Assembly: GCA_964527765.1 (NCBI GenBank)
Contig: CAZGQR010000004.1
Coordinates: forward strand, 83-64,082
DNA: 64,000 nt
Origin: an uncultured Planctomycetia bacterium
GTDB taxonomy: Bacteria; Omnitrophota; Gorgyraeia; Tantalellales; Tantalellaceae
Direction of reading: 5' to 3'
Shown: positions 1-12,235 of the stretch, piece by piece
Layout of the letters: each line of letters starts with the position of its first letter
Position numbering within the stretch: the first letter of the stretch is position 1
Position numbers and translations under genes: made by a program
Notes under the pieces: model-generated
Told to the model about the DNA's origin: nothing
Seen by the model: the letters and a program-made list of their open reading frames with translations, nothing else
Databases searched by the model: none

Positions 1-823
1 TCCGCGAAAGAAGATAGCGTCACTTTACGAAGAACTTGTTGCCGGCCTGCGCGGTTACATGAAGGAGCACGGATTCTCCAAGACAGTTGTAGGTCTTTCG
101 GGCGGGATCGATTCCGCCGTCACATGCTGCCTGGCAAAAGAAGCCGTGGAAGGCGAAAACGTCCTGGGTCTTTCGATGCCGTCGCCTTATTCTTCAAAGG
201 AAAGCGCTAAATATTCCCGGGCGCTGGCGGAGAACCTCGACATCAGGTTCAAAACAGTGCCCATCTCCGGCATATACCGCTCTTATGTCAAGGCGCTCAA
301 GAAGGATCTTTCGATCGGCGAAGACGAAAAAGAAGTGGGCGTGTATCTTCAGAACATCCAGGCCAGGATACGGGGCAATATCCTTATGGCGTTTTCCAAC
401 AGGTTCGGTCATCTTGTGCTTGCTACCGGGAACAAAAGCGAGGCCATGATGGGGTACTGCACCCTCTACGGGGATACGGCCGGGGGGCTCGCGCCCCTGG
501 CGAATATTTTAAAGACCACGGTCTACCGTCTGGCGGAATATATTAACGGCGAAAAAGAGGTGATCCCCAAAGCGATAGTAGAGAGGCATCCCTCGGCGGA
601 GCTTAGGCCCGGCCAGCGCGACCAGGATACGCTCCCCCCTTATGATGTTCTTGATCGGATACTTTATTTTCTGGAAGAGGGGTGTTCCGAAAAAGAGCTG
701 CTGGAAAAAGGTTTCGAACAGGGAACGGTGAAACAGGTCACGGCGGCCATAGAAAGAAGTGAATATAAGCGAAAACAGGTTCCCCCCGGGCTGCAGGTGA
801 ATGTGAAGCTTTTCGAGGGATGA
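1..823 (+). CDS. nadE: NH3-dependent NAD+ synthetase, 5'-truncated at window edge
   Basis: Reading frame is open from pos 2 (no stop) into the listed ORF. GLSGGIDSAV PP-loop ATP pyrophosphatase motif sits 13 aa after the listed Met, whereas NadE normally has about 40 aa upstream. Stop TGA at 821-823. Confidence 0.85.
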   Translation, partial: PRKKIASLYEELVAGLRGYMKEHGFSKTVVGLSGGIDSAVTCCLAKEAVEGENVLGLSMPSPYSSKESAKYSRALAENLDIRFKTVPISGIYRSYVKALKKDLSIGEDEKEVGVYLQNIQARIRGNILMAFSNRFGHLVLATGNKSEAMMGYCTLYGDTAGGLAPLANILKTTVYRLAEYINGEKEVIPKAIVERHPSAELRPGQRDQDTLPPYDVLDRILYFLEEGCSEKELLEKGFEQGTVKQVTAAIERSEYKRKQVPPGLQVNVKLFEG

Positions 824-857
824 AACGAGTACTGATATTAAAAAAGTGAGGTGAAAT

Positions 858-1781
858 ATGGCGAACGAAACAGTTTTCAGGCGATACAAGGGAAACCCGA
901 TCATCACCGCGGAGGCGGTACCGCGGGCCAACAGCATTCATAACAGTGCCATAGTTTCCTTCGGGAAAGGGTATGCCGGAATATTCAGGGTAGATGAGAT
1001 AGACCTGAATTTTACGATGCATCTCGGGACGAGCAGGGACGGGATCAAGTGGGAGATCGACCCGGAGCCGCTGAAGATGGAATGCGACGACCCCGAGATA
1101 TCGATAAAAGCGAGAACATACGACCCGCGTCTCACGAAAATAGGCGATACCTACTATTTTACCTGGTGCATAGATTCGGCGCAGGGCCCCTGCATAGGGC
1201 TGGCCGTCACCAAGGATTTCAAGACTTTCAGGCAGATGGAGAATCCGCTTCCGCCGGCAAACCGGAACTGCGTGATCTTTCCAAGGAAGATAGGCGGTGA
1301 TTTTGCCATGCTGCACCGTCCCAGCGACCGCGGGCACACCCCCTTCGGGGATATATTCTACAGCACGAGTCCCGATCTGGTCCACTGGGGCAGGCACCGT
1401 TTTGTTTTCGGCACGCTGAAAGGCGGCTGGCAGTCAACAAAGGTAGGTCCGGGCCCGGCGCCCATTGAGATCGAGGAAGGATGGCTCTTGATATACCACG
1501 GCGTGTGGACAAGCTGTAACGGTTATATATATTATGTAGGCGGGGCTATTCTTGAGAAGGAAAGACCCTGGAAAGTGTTATATCGCACGAAAGATTACCT
1601 CCTTGCCCCCACGGAACCGTATGAACGCATAGGCGACGTGCCGAATGTCGTTTTTCCAAGTTCCGCGGTGGTGAACGGCGACACGATATGGATATACTAT
1701 GGATGCGCCGATACCTGTATCTCCATGGCGGAGGCAAAGCTCGGGGATGTCGTCGAATTTATCAAGGCTCACAGCATCTGA
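858..1781 (+). CDS. GH130-family glycosidase / beta-mannoside phosphorylase-like (DUF377-type beta-propeller)
   Basis: 307 aa. N-terminus NPIIT....SIHNSAIV, plus the overall length and composition, are typical of GH130/DUF377 proteins. SD-like GTGAGGTG lies upstream of the ATG. Confidence 0.55.
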   Translation: MANETVFRRYKGNPIITAEAVPRANSIHNSAIVSFGKGYAGIFRVDEIDLNFTMHLGTSRDGIKWEIDPEPLKMECDDPEISIKARTYDPRLTKIGDTYYFTWCIDSAQGPCIGLAVTKDFKTFRQMENPLPPANRNCVIFPRKIGGDFAMLHRPSDRGHTPFGDIFYSTSPDLVHWGRHRFVFGTLKGGWQSTKVGPGPAPIEIEEGWLLIYHGVWTSCNGYIYYVGGAILEKERPWKVLYRTKDYLLAPTEPYERIGDVPNVVFPSSAVVNGDTIWIYYGCADTCISMAEAKLGDVVEFIKAHSI

Positions 1782-1818
1782 TCGAAGACGGTATTCGAAG
1801 CCTATTATATATAAATAC

Positions 1819-1848
1819 TTGAAATAAATTTAGCACCTATGTTATAAT
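1819..1848 (+). promoter_or_regulatory. sigma70-like promoter for the tRNA pair (TTGAAA - 18 nt - TATAAT)
   Basis: -35 TTGAAA at 1819-1824 and -10 TATAAT at 1843-1848, about 18 nt upstream of tRNA-Lys. Confidence 0.4.
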
Positions 1849-1865
1849 ACGCACCAACAAACGGT

Positions 1866-1941
1866 GCCCGCATAGCTCAATTGGTAGAGCAGCGGACTCT
1901 TAATCCGTTGGTTCAAGGTTCGAGTCCTTGTGCGGGTACCA
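1866..1941 (+). tRNA. tRNA-Lys (anticodon CTT)
   Basis: 76 nt cloverleaf folded by hand. Acceptor GCCCGCA/TGCGGGT, D-arm GCTC..GAGC, anticodon stem GCGGA/TCCGT with loop CTCTTAA, T-arm GGTTCGAGTCC, 3' ACCA encoded. Confidence 0.9.
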
Positions 1942-1993
1942 ACAAATTCTGCTCCGCAGAGTCTGTGAAGCAATAGAAAAACAGATCAATAGA

Positions 1994-2069
1994 GCGGGTG
2001 TAGCTCAGTTGGTAGAGCATCACGTTGCCAACGTGATTGTCGTCGGTTCGAGCCCGATCACCCGCTCCA
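1994..2069 (+). tRNA. tRNA-Gly (anticodon GCC)
   Basis: 76 nt cloverleaf. Acceptor GCGGGTG/CACCCGC, anticodon stem TCACG/CGTGA with loop TTGCCAA, T-arm GGTTCGAGCCC, 3' TCCA encoded. A T-run follows. Confidence 0.9.
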
Positions 2070-2149
2070 TTTTTATCTTTTACGGCCGGGGGGAGAGGAT
2101 CCCCAAGGGCGTTTTGTGCAAAAAATCAGACATATAGAAGGAAAAAAAC

Positions 2150-2623
2150 ATGAACATTCTAGAACTGCTGGCCAAGAACGCGATATCCGTTGACCTCAAG
2201 TCTTATAAGAAAAAAGAAGCGCTTTCAGAACTGGTGGACCTGCTGGTCTCGGCGGGCACGATCAAGAAAGCGGATAAACCTGAGATCCTGAATAAGCTTG
2301 AGGAAAGGGAAGTGCTGGGATCTACCGGCATAGGCAAAGGGGTGGCGATACCGCATGCCAAGTGCCCCGGGATCAAGAAAATGGTAGCCGCTTTCGGCAT
2401 ATCAAAGAAAGGCCTTGATTTTAAATCCCTTGACGGGGAACTTTCTCATATATTCTTTCTTTTGATAGCCCCCGGCGAAACACCGGGCCCCCATCTCAAG
2501 GCCCTGGCCAAGATATCCCGTTTACTGGACGATAAATTTGTAAGAGACAGGTTGCGCGCGGCGAAGAACATACAGGGCATTTTAGAGATAATCAGACAGG
2601 AAGAGCAAAAGAAATCCCGGTAG
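2150..2623 (+). CDS. ptsN: PTS EIIA type-2 protein (nitrogen-regulatory EIIA-Ntr-like)
   Basis: 157 aa. PTS_EIIA_2 hallmarks include the active-site His region GIGKGVAIPHAK. It is a stand-alone EIIA with no EIIB/EIIC nearby. Confidence 0.8.
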   Translation: MNILELLAKNAISVDLKSYKKKEALSELVDLLVSAGTIKKADKPEILNKLEEREVLGSTGIGKGVAIPHAKCPGIKKMVAAFGISKKGLDFKSLDGELSHIFFLLIAPGETPGPHLKALAKISRLLDDKFVRDRLRAAKNIQGILEIIRQEEQKKSR

Positions 2624-2625
2624 AA

Positions 2626-3882
2626 ATGAACATGAAAAGACTAAAGTGGCTATACCCGGGGATGCTGATCAAGCGGTGGATATCTCTTTCCGTTTTCGGT
2701 ATCCTCATGATCTCGATGGGGTTTGTCATAGTTATTTCCGAACGTAACCCCGAGAACAAGGCCATAGCGGGCCTTATCATCATTCTGGGGATCCTGTGCG
2801 TGATAATCGCCGTGAAAAGGATACTGAAATCCTTCATGACGGTCCTGATGCCGGAACCGGAAATGGTCAAAAATACCCTGGTAGACAAGGTGTACGCGAA
2901 ACGCATATTAGAAAAAGGTCCGAAGATAGTCGTGATCGGAGGGGGAACAGGCCTTTCCACGCTTCTGACGGGATTGAAACAAAAGACCAGTAATATCACC
3001 GCGATAGTGACGGTAGCGGATGACGGCGGGTCTTCAGGGCGGCTGCGCGAGGAATACGGAGTGCTGCCTCCGGGAGATATACGGAACTGTCTTGTGGCGC
3101 TTGCGGATTCGGAAGACCTTCTCGGGGCGCTTTTTCAGTTCCGCTTTAAGGAAGGAAAAGCGCTGCAGGGCCATAATTTCGGCAATATTTTTATCACGGC
3201 CCTTTCCAAGATCACGGGGGATTTTGCCAAGGCCATCAAGGAGTCCAGCAAGGTCCTTGCTATCAGGGGAAATGTGTTCCCGGCTACCCTGGAGAAGGTC
3301 AAACTGGTGGCGAGAAGAGAGAACGGGAAAGAGACGGTCGGAGAATGCCATATACGCGAAGAAAAGAGCAGTCCCATAGACTGGCTTTTCCTAAGGCCGA
3401 ACGAGTGCAAAGCAACGCAGGAATCAGTGGAAGCCATACGTCAGGCGGATGCGATCGTTCTGGGCCCGGGCAGCCTGTATACCAGCGTGATGCCGAACCT
3501 TCTCATAGAAGGGATACAGAGGGAGATCATGAGATCCAGGGCTATCAAGATCTATATTTGCAATGTCATGACCGAGGCGGGGGAAACGGACGATTATTCG
3601 GTAAGCGACCATGTCAAGGCCATCATAAAGCATACCCGTCCGGGCGTGATAGATTATTGCATAGCAAATGTCATGCGCATCCCAAAAGACCTTTATGAAA
3701 AATATAAGCTTGAAGACAAGTTCCCGGTGAAGTTAAATGAAAATGACGAGAGATGGTTCAGGCAGGAAAAGATAACACTGGTAAAGGCGCATATCGCCAG
3801 CATGAAGGAATTCGTCAGGCATGATTCATTAAAGCTGAGCGATACGATCATGGATATCCTGAATGAGAGCAGGAGAAGGTGA
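2626..3882 (+). CDS. yvcK: YvcK/CofD-family gluconeogenesis factor with an N-terminal extension of about 90 aa carrying two TM helices
   Basis: Core KIVVIGGGTGLSTLL....TVADDGGSSGRLR is diagnostic of the UPF0052/YvcK family. Upstream are two hydrophobic helices (ISLSVFGILMISMGFVIVI and AIAGLIIILGILCVIIAV). A later Met at about 2836 would give a conventional soluble protein. Confidence 0.8.
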   Translation: MNMKRLKWLYPGMLIKRWISLSVFGILMISMGFVIVISERNPENKAIAGLIIILGILCVIIAVKRILKSFMTVLMPEPEMVKNTLVDKVYAKRILEKGPKIVVIGGGTGLSTLLTGLKQKTSNITAIVTVADDGGSSGRLREEYGVLPPGDIRNCLVALADSEDLLGALFQFRFKEGKALQGHNFGNIFITALSKITGDFAKAIKESSKVLAIRGNVFPATLEKVKLVARRENGKETVGECHIREEKSSPIDWLFLRPNECKATQESVEAIRQADAIVLGPGSLYTSVMPNLLIEGIQREIMRSRAIKIYICNVMTEAGETDDYSVSDHVKAIIKHTRPGVIDYCIANVMRIPKDLYEKYKLEDKFPVKLNENDERWFRQEKITLVKAHIASMKEFVRHDSLKLSDTIMDILNESRRR

Positions 3883-3889
3883 AGTCCGG

Positions 3890-5923
3890 ATGGTAAAGAA
3901 GACGAAATTCGCAATGGCGTTTCACTGCTATCAGCCCGTGTTCAACTTTGAGCGGGAGATCGAGCGCGCTTTTAAAAACGCTTATTTGCCTCTCTTGAGG
4001 TCCCTGGAAGAATTTCCCGGGGTCAAGGCTTCATTCCATTATTCCGGGAATATGCTGGAATGGTTTGAACGCAGGCACCCGGCCTATATAGAGAGACTGA
4101 AAAAACTGATGCGGCGCAAGCAGATAGAGATCATGGGGGGCGGTTGTTTTGAGCCGGTCATGGCGCTTATCCCGGAACAGGACAGGAAAGAACAGCTGGA
4201 GATGAACGAGGAGATCATCTCAAGGATCTTCGGAATAAAGCCTGACGGCGCGTGGATCGCGGAAAGGGTCTGGGAGCCGGCCCTGGCCGACACCCTGCAC
4301 GATGCGGGCATTAAATATACCATCGTCGATGACCATCATATGCTGAAGGCCGGCGTGAAAGAAGAGAATATCTTCGGCCCCTGTCTTACGCGGGGCAAGA
4401 ACGGTTCGGTGATATTGTTCCCCTCACTGACGAGCCTGAGATACTTGATACCGTTCCGCTCGCCGAAGGACATACTGGGCCGCATTAAAGAGATCGCGGA
4501 GAAGAACCGCGAGGATACGACATGTGTCTTTTTCGCCGACGACGGCGAAAAATTCGGGGCATGGCCGTATACGTACCAATGGGTCCACAAGAAAGGATGG
4601 TTACGGGATTTTTTCCGTGCCCTGGAAGAAAATGCCGACTGGCTTCAGACCGCGACATATTCCGAGATCATGAACACCGTTTCGGCGAAGGAGGTCGGTG
4701 ATATCCCGGAATCCAGTTATGTCGAAATGATGAAATGGAGCGGCGGGAATTTTAAGAATTTTCTGAAAAAATATCCTGAAGCGGGCCAAATGCATAAGAG
4801 GATGGTCTCCGTCAGCGATATGATCAGGGAGATGGAATCCGGGGATGCCGGTTTTGCCGGTGATACCAGGATCCAGGAGGCAAAAAAAGAACTGTTCAAG
4901 GCTCAGGCCGGCTGCGCCTACTGGCACGGGACGTTCGGAGGACTTTATCTTCCGCATCTTCGGTCAGGGGTGTACAGACACCTGATAAAGGCGCGGAACG
5001 CTGTTGACACGCTCCGCGGCGGCGATGATAAGCGAGTGAGATATGTTGAGCACGATCTCGGGGAGTCAAGACGCGAGGTCGTGATCGAGAACAAGCTTAT
5101 CGATCTTTTTGTAAAACCCGCCCTGGGCGGAGGGATAAGCGAACTGGATTACAGGCCCCTGGACATAAATCTGATGAACACCATGTCCCGGGCAAGGGAA
5201 GACTACCATAAAAAACTCGAGAAAAATTATTCCGTGCGGGTGATGGAGGCAAGAAAAGCGATACTTCGCGGGAATTTTACCGATATCCATGACGTGCTGG
5301 GGGTCGGGGAGAGGGGATTGCGAAAGGCATTGTATTACGACGATTACCAGCGGAACTCTTTTCTCACGCATGTTTTCAGCGGCAGGAAGCCGTGGAAAGA
5401 GATGCGCAAAACGCGCACGAGCCATGACGGATTTTTAAGGGAGATGTACGGGTCGCGCGTGGAAACGGGAAAAGAATCCGTCACCCACACGCTTTCAAGG
5501 AGGGACAGGATCCTTGCGGGCAGCGGAGGGCCGCTTGATCTTGAGGTGATCAAGAGAATAACGGTAGGTTCGGAGCCGGCCGTCACGTTCACGCATAAAA
5601 TACTGAAACATTCCGGCGGGCCGGCTATTTTAAGGTACGCCGTGGAATTCAACTTCCTGATATGGGACAGGACGGTCATGTCGGGGCCGGTCTTGACGGA
5701 GACAGACCATTTTTCACTGAAGGACAGATATTCGGATGTGGGCTTGCGGTTTTTTCTCGACGGGAAGTTCACGGTTTTCATGTATCCGATCCATACCATT
5801 AATGAGACCGAAAGCGGCCTTAAGAAGATGTTCCAGGGGGTGTCGGTGCTGATAGGGGATGAATACGACCCCGATGGTGACAGCACTACAGATGATATGA
5901 AGATAACAATGACTGTCGGGTGA
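3890..5923 (+). CDS. Glycoside hydrolase family 57 protein (alpha-amylase / 4-alpha-glucanotransferase / branching-enzyme-like)
   Basis: N-terminal AFHCYQPVF motif (the GH57 HQP signature) plus the conserved EIMGG / WIAERVWEP region. Start placed at the ATG at 3890 behind SD GGAGAAGGTGA. The longer listed ORF from 3863 overlaps the yvcK stop. Confidence 0.75.
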   Translation: MVKKTKFAMAFHCYQPVFNFEREIERAFKNAYLPLLRSLEEFPGVKASFHYSGNMLEWFERRHPAYIERLKKLMRRKQIEIMGGGCFEPVMALIPEQDRKEQLEMNEEIISRIFGIKPDGAWIAERVWEPALADTLHDAGIKYTIVDDHHMLKAGVKEENIFGPCLTRGKNGSVILFPSLTSLRYLIPFRSPKDILGRIKEIAEKNREDTTCVFFADDGEKFGAWPYTYQWVHKKGWLRDFFRALEENADWLQTATYSEIMNTVSAKEVGDIPESSYVEMMKWSGGNFKNFLKKYPEAGQMHKRMVSVSDMIREMESGDAGFAGDTRIQEAKKELFKAQAGCAYWHGTFGGLYLPHLRSGVYRHLIKARNAVDTLRGGDDKRVRYVEHDLGESRREVVIENKLIDLFVKPALGGGISELDYRPLDINLMNTMSRAREDYHKKLEKNYSVRVMEARKAILRGNFTDIHDVLGVGERGLRKALYYDDYQRNSFLTHVFSGRKPWKEMRKTRTSHDGFLREMYGSRVETGKESVTHTLSRRDRILAGSGGPLDLEVIKRITVGSEPAVTFTHKILKHSGGPAILRYAVEFNFLIWDRTVMSGPVLTETDHFSLKDRYSDVGLRFFLDGKFTVFMYPIHTINETESGLKKMFQGVSVLIGDEYDPDGDSTTDDMKITMTVG

Positions 5924-5927
5924 TCGT

Positions 5928-6203
5928 ATGCTGGTTAAAAGGGAAATTGTCGTGCAAAACAAAACAGGGTTACATGCCAGGCCCGCGGCCCTGTTTGTCC
6001 AGCTGGCGAATAAATACGAAAGCGATATAACCATAATAAAGGATGACCAGGAAGTTAACGGAAAATCCATAATGGGGATACTGATGCTCGCGGCCGAGAA
6101 AGGCGCCAAAATAACCATAGTCGCCGAGGGGAATGACGCGGAGACGGCGGTGAATGAGCTGTCGGAGATCCTGCTGCATGATATCGAGCCGGATACTCTC
6201 TGA
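5928..6203 (+). CDS. ptsH: Phosphocarrier protein HPr
   Basis: 91 aa. The GLHARPA active-site His15 motif and the overall fold signature are those of HPr. Confidence 0.85.
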   Translation: MLVKREIVVQNKTGLHARPAALFVQLANKYESDITIIKDDQEVNGKSIMGILMLAAEKGAKITIVAEGNDAETAVNELSEILLHDIEPDTL

Positions 6204-6228
6204 CGGTGAATAAGGGGATAGAGAGCCG

Positions 6229-8019
6229 ATGAAAGGGAAAAAAAGTTATTATCCGAAAAAGAAGCAGATCCAGCTGAAAGGGATCCCCGCGGCCTCCGGG
6301 ATCGTGATAGGCAAAGCGTATGTCTTCGGGACCGAAGACATAATGCCCGTCAAGCGCCATATCGCCGAAAAGGACATACCGCTCGAAATAGAGAGGTTCC
6401 AGAAAGCCCTGGAGAAGACAAAAAAAGAGATCCTCACGATAGAGAGAAAGATATCCAAGGAAATGGGGGTAGAGCACGGGAAGATCTTCAGCGCCCATCT
6501 CCTCGTGCTGGAGGACAGCGTCCTTGTCGAGGAAGTCATTTCCAGGCTGAAGAAAAAGAAGAGGAACATAGAAGTCATATTCGCCGAGGTTCTGGACAAG
6601 TACGTAAGCGCACTTTCCGAAGTGAAAGACGAATATCTGAGGGACAGGATCAGCGATATAACCGATGTCGGAAAGAGAATATTGCGGAATCTCGCGGGGG
6701 TGCAGGAAAAGAGCCTGAAGGACCTTGACGAAAAATCAATAGTGATCGCTTATGACCTGTCGCCTTCCGACACGGCAATGATGCATAAAGGGCGCGTGCT
6801 GGGTTTTGCCACGGATATAGGGGGAAGAACGTCGCATACGGCCATAATGGCGAAATCTCTGGAGATACCGGCAGTGGTGGGGCTGGAATCCGTTACGGAT
6901 GTGGTCAAGAACGGCGACCAGATAATACTGGACGGAGTGCACGGCGTGGTGATCATAAATCCCACCAGGGGATTCATTGAAAAATATCAGGAAGAGCAAA
7001 AGAAGTACGAACATCTTGAGCACGAACTCGTTGAGTTGAAATCACTGCCGGGCGAGACGCTTGACGGAAAAAGGGTCATCGTGGCGGGCAACATAGAATT
7101 ACCGGAGGACGTGGCCAGCGTTATTTCCCACGGCGCGGAGGGAATAGGGTTATACAGGACCGAATATTTTTACATGAACAGGCGCGATCTGCCCAGCGAG
7201 GAAGAGCAGTTTAACGCGTACAAGTCTGTCGCGACAAGAATAAAGCCGCACTACGTGGTGGTAAGAACGCTCGACCTGGGCGGGGATAAATTCCTTTCTC
7301 AGCTTGAGGTGCCGAAGGAGATGAACCCGTTCCTTGGATGGCGGGCGATACGGTTCTGCCTGGCGCGCCCCGACATCTTTAAATCCCATCTCAGGGCCAT
7401 ATTGAGGGCTTCCGCTTTCGGGAACCTGAGACTGATGTATCCGATGATCTCCGGCATCTCGGAATTCCGGCAGGCCAACGAAGTATTGGAAGAGGTCAAA
7501 AAAGAGCTCCGCGAAGAGGGCGTTCCCTTCAATGAGAATATCCCGGTGGGAGCGATGATCGAAGTGCCCTCAGCCGCTATTACCAGCGGCGTCCTGGCGA
7601 AGGAAGCTGATTTTTTCAGTATCGGGACCAACGATCTTATTCAGTACTCGCTTGCGGTGGACAGGGTCAACGAGAAGATCGCGTATCTTTACGAACCGGC
7701 GCATCCGGCGGTGCTGGACCTTATCAAGATGGTCATCGATAACGGGCACAGGGAGAACATATCGGTGGGTTTGTGCGGCGAGATGGCCGGGGACGTGTCA
7801 TTGACCATGATCCTGCTGGGACTCGGGCTGGACGAATTCAGCACTTCTCCCATCGCCGTGCCCGAGATCAAGAAGATAATACGTTCTATAAAATATTCCG
7901 AGGCAAAGGAGATCGCGGAGAAGGTAAGGACATTTGCCACCGGAAAACAGGTTGCAGATTTTGCCAAGGCCAAATTGAAGGAACTGGTCCCGGATGTAGC
8001 CATTGAACTGGGAGAATGA
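6229..8019 (+). CDS. ptsI: Phosphoenolpyruvate-protein phosphotransferase (PTS Enzyme I)
   Basis: 596 aa. GGRTSHTAIMAKSLEIPAVVG phospho-His region, C-terminal PEP-utilising TIM barrel motifs (NDLIQYSLAVDR, CGEMAGD). Confidence 0.9.
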   Translation: MKGKKSYYPKKKQIQLKGIPAASGIVIGKAYVFGTEDIMPVKRHIAEKDIPLEIERFQKALEKTKKEILTIERKISKEMGVEHGKIFSAHLLVLEDSVLVEEVISRLKKKKRNIEVIFAEVLDKYVSALSEVKDEYLRDRISDITDVGKRILRNLAGVQEKSLKDLDEKSIVIAYDLSPSDTAMMHKGRVLGFATDIGGRTSHTAIMAKSLEIPAVVGLESVTDVVKNGDQIILDGVHGVVIINPTRGFIEKYQEEQKKYEHLEHELVELKSLPGETLDGKRVIVAGNIELPEDVASVISHGAEGIGLYRTEYFYMNRRDLPSEEEQFNAYKSVATRIKPHYVVVRTLDLGGDKFLSQLEVPKEMNPFLGWRAIRFCLARPDIFKSHLRAILRASAFGNLRLMYPMISGISEFRQANEVLEEVKKELREEGVPFNENIPVGAMIEVPSAAITSGVLAKEADFFSIGTNDLIQYSLAVDRVNEKIAYLYEPAHPAVLDLIKMVIDNGHRENISVGLCGEMAGDVSLTMILLGLGLDEFSTSPIAVPEIKKIIRSIKYSEAKEIAEKVRTFATGKQVADFAKAKLKELVPDVAIELGE

Positions 8020-8059
8020 CAAAGAGCCGGTCTTGCGCAGACAAAAGGAGAGGATTAAG

Positions 8060-8803
8060 ATGAAGGGATTGATATTAGCGGCAGGGTACGGCACCAGGCT
8101 GTATCCTCTGACACTTGATCGGCCCAAGCCTCTTGTCAAGGTCGGGGGGCAGACGATCCTGGAAAGACTGCTCAGGAAATTTGAAAAATTAGAATCTTGC
8201 GATGAAGTGTATATCGTGACAAACGATAAATTTTACGACATGCTCGCCAAGTGGGTCAGGGACCGCAGCTTTTCCATTAAATTGAAGGTCATAAACGACA
8301 TGACCACGTCCAACGAGGGACGGCTCGGCGCAATAGGCGATATTAATCTTGTCCTGGAAAAAGAAAGACCGCGTGACGCCGTGCTGATAGTGGCGGGAGA
8401 TAACCTTTTTGAGTTCGATATAGAGGATTTTATCCTGTTCGCCGAGAAAAGGGCAAAATTCAGCGTGGCATTGTTCGATGTCAAAGATTATAAGCTTGCG
8501 CAGAGGTACGGGATCGTCTCGCTCGATCCCGATCAGAAAATAGACGGTTTCGAAGAAAAGCCGTCCAAGCCGAAAAGCACGCTCGCGTCGACAGGGATCT
8601 ACTATCTGCCCAAGTCAAAACTGTCGCTGTTGGAAGATTACATGAAAACCGACCTGGTAAAAGACGCGCCCGGTAATTTTGTAAGGTGGAGTGTCGACAA
8701 CGATGATGTCTACGGATATGTTTTTACCGAGGGGTGGTATGATATCGGGGATAAAAATTCCCTGGAAAAAGCCGATATAGAATACAGGAAAAGGGAACTT
8801 TAA
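8060..8803 (+). CDS. Sugar-phosphate nucleotidyltransferase (RmlA/GalU-like)
   Basis: [18 protein letters not shown]...KPLV N-terminal signature of NTP_transferase. Start taken at the ATG at 8060 behind AAAGGAGAGG. The listed TTG at 8003 overlaps the ptsI end. Confidence 0.7.
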   Translation: MKGLILAAGYGTRLYPLTLDRPKPLVKVGGQTILERLLRKFEKLESCDEVYIVTNDKFYDMLAKWVRDRSFSIKLKVINDMTTSNEGRLGAIGDINLVLEKERPRDAVLIVAGDNLFEFDIEDFILFAEKRAKFSVALFDVKDYKLAQRYGIVSLDPDQKIDGFEEKPSKPKSTLASTGIYYLPKSKLSLLEDYMKTDLVKDAPGNFVRWSVDNDDVYGYVFTEGWYDIGDKNSLEKADIEYRKREL

Positions 8804-8814
8804 GGAGGACGTGC

Positions 8815-11234
<2,420 letters not shown>

Positions 11235-11242
11235 GGACCAGG

Positions 11243-12235
11243 GTGATGGATATGAAAGAACCGATCAAACGGATAGGAGTATTGACCTCGGGGGGTGACG
11301 CTCCCGGCATGAACGCGGCGATACGCAGCATCGTGCGAAAAGCGATATTTGAGGGGATAGAGGTCAGGGGTATCCTCAGGGGATACGAGGGGCTTATAAA
11401 CGGAGAGATCATAGAGATGAATTCCCGCAGCGTAAGCAACATCCTCGGGCGGGGCGGGACCATCCTGAAGACCGCCAGGTCGGAGGAGTTCAGGGCCAAA
11501 GAGGGCCAGGTCAAGGCCATGAAGGTGATGGAAGAAAGCGCCATTGACGCGCTCGTCATCATAGGGGGTAACGGCTCGTTCCAGGGCGCGATCGATTTTC
11601 AGAAGAACTGCGGCGCAAAAACCATCGGGATACCGGGGACCATTGATAACGATCTTGGATATACGGATTATACAATAGGGGCTCACACATCCGTGAATAC
11701 GGCCTTGGACGCGGTTGATAAGATCCGTGATACGGTTTCAAGTATGGAGCGTATTTATGTGATAGAGGTCATGGGCCGGGAAGAGCCCTATATAGCCGTA
11801 ATGACGGGGTTGGCCGGCGGCGCGGAAGAGGTCCTGTACCCCGGTTCCAGTGTAAGCATGGAACAGATCACCTCGGAGATCGAAAGAGCAGAGGAAAAGG
11901 GAAAAAGAAGCTGGATCATTATTGTGTCCGAAGGTTTTTGCAGCGCTCATTCTCTGGTAAAAAAGATCAAGGAAAGAACCAGGCACTCCGCCAGGGGTAT
12001 AACACTGGGGCACATCCAGAGAGGAGGGTCCCCTACCGCGCCGGACAGAGTGCTCGCTTCAGTGATGGGCGCTTATGCTGTTGACGCCCTCATGAAAGGC
12101 CATTCAGGGGAGATGGTCGGGATAAAGGGAAGCACGCTTCACCTTGTCCCCTACGAAAAGGCCTGCTTTGAAAGGGATCAGGACAGAGAACTGCACGCTC
12201 AGCTGTATGCCCTTACCAGATTACTTGCGTCATGA
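11243..12235 (+). CDS. pfkA: ATP-dependent 6-phosphofructokinase
   Basis: 330 aa. RIGVLTSGGDAPGMNAAIRSIVRKA and GGNGS/GIPGTIDND motifs are present. Confidence 0.9.
   Translation: MMDMKEPIKRIGVLTSGGDAPGMNAAIRSIVRKAIFEGIEVRGILRGYEGLINGEIIEMNSRSVSNILGRGGTILKTARSEEFRAKEGQVKAMKVMEESAIDALVIIGGNGSFQGAIDFQKNCGAKTIGIPGTIDNDLGYTDYTIGAHTSVNTALDAVDKIRDTVSSMERIYVIEVMGREEPYIAVMTGLAGGAEEVLYPGSSVSMEQITSEIERAEEKGKRSWIIIVSEGFCSAHSLVKKIKERTRHSARGITLGHIQRGGSPTAPDRVLASVMGAYAVDALMKGHSGEMVGIKGSTLHLVPYEKACFERDQDRELHAQLYALTRLLAS

Noticed and set aside
1928-2137. 69-aa plus-strand ORF
   Set aside because: Overlaps the tRNA-Lys 3' end and all of tRNA-Gly. Spurious.
2090-2149. Possible sigma54 (-24 GG / -12 GC) promoter upstream of ptsN
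   Set aside because: GGGCGTTTTGTGCA has GG and GC separated by 9 rather than 10 nt and lacks the TGGCAC/TTGCA context. Not convincing.
3863-3889. Longer GH57 start (MRAGEGEVRMVKK...) overlapping the yvcK stop
   Set aside because: No SD for that start. The ATG at 3890 has a good SD and leaves a conventional GH57 N-terminus.
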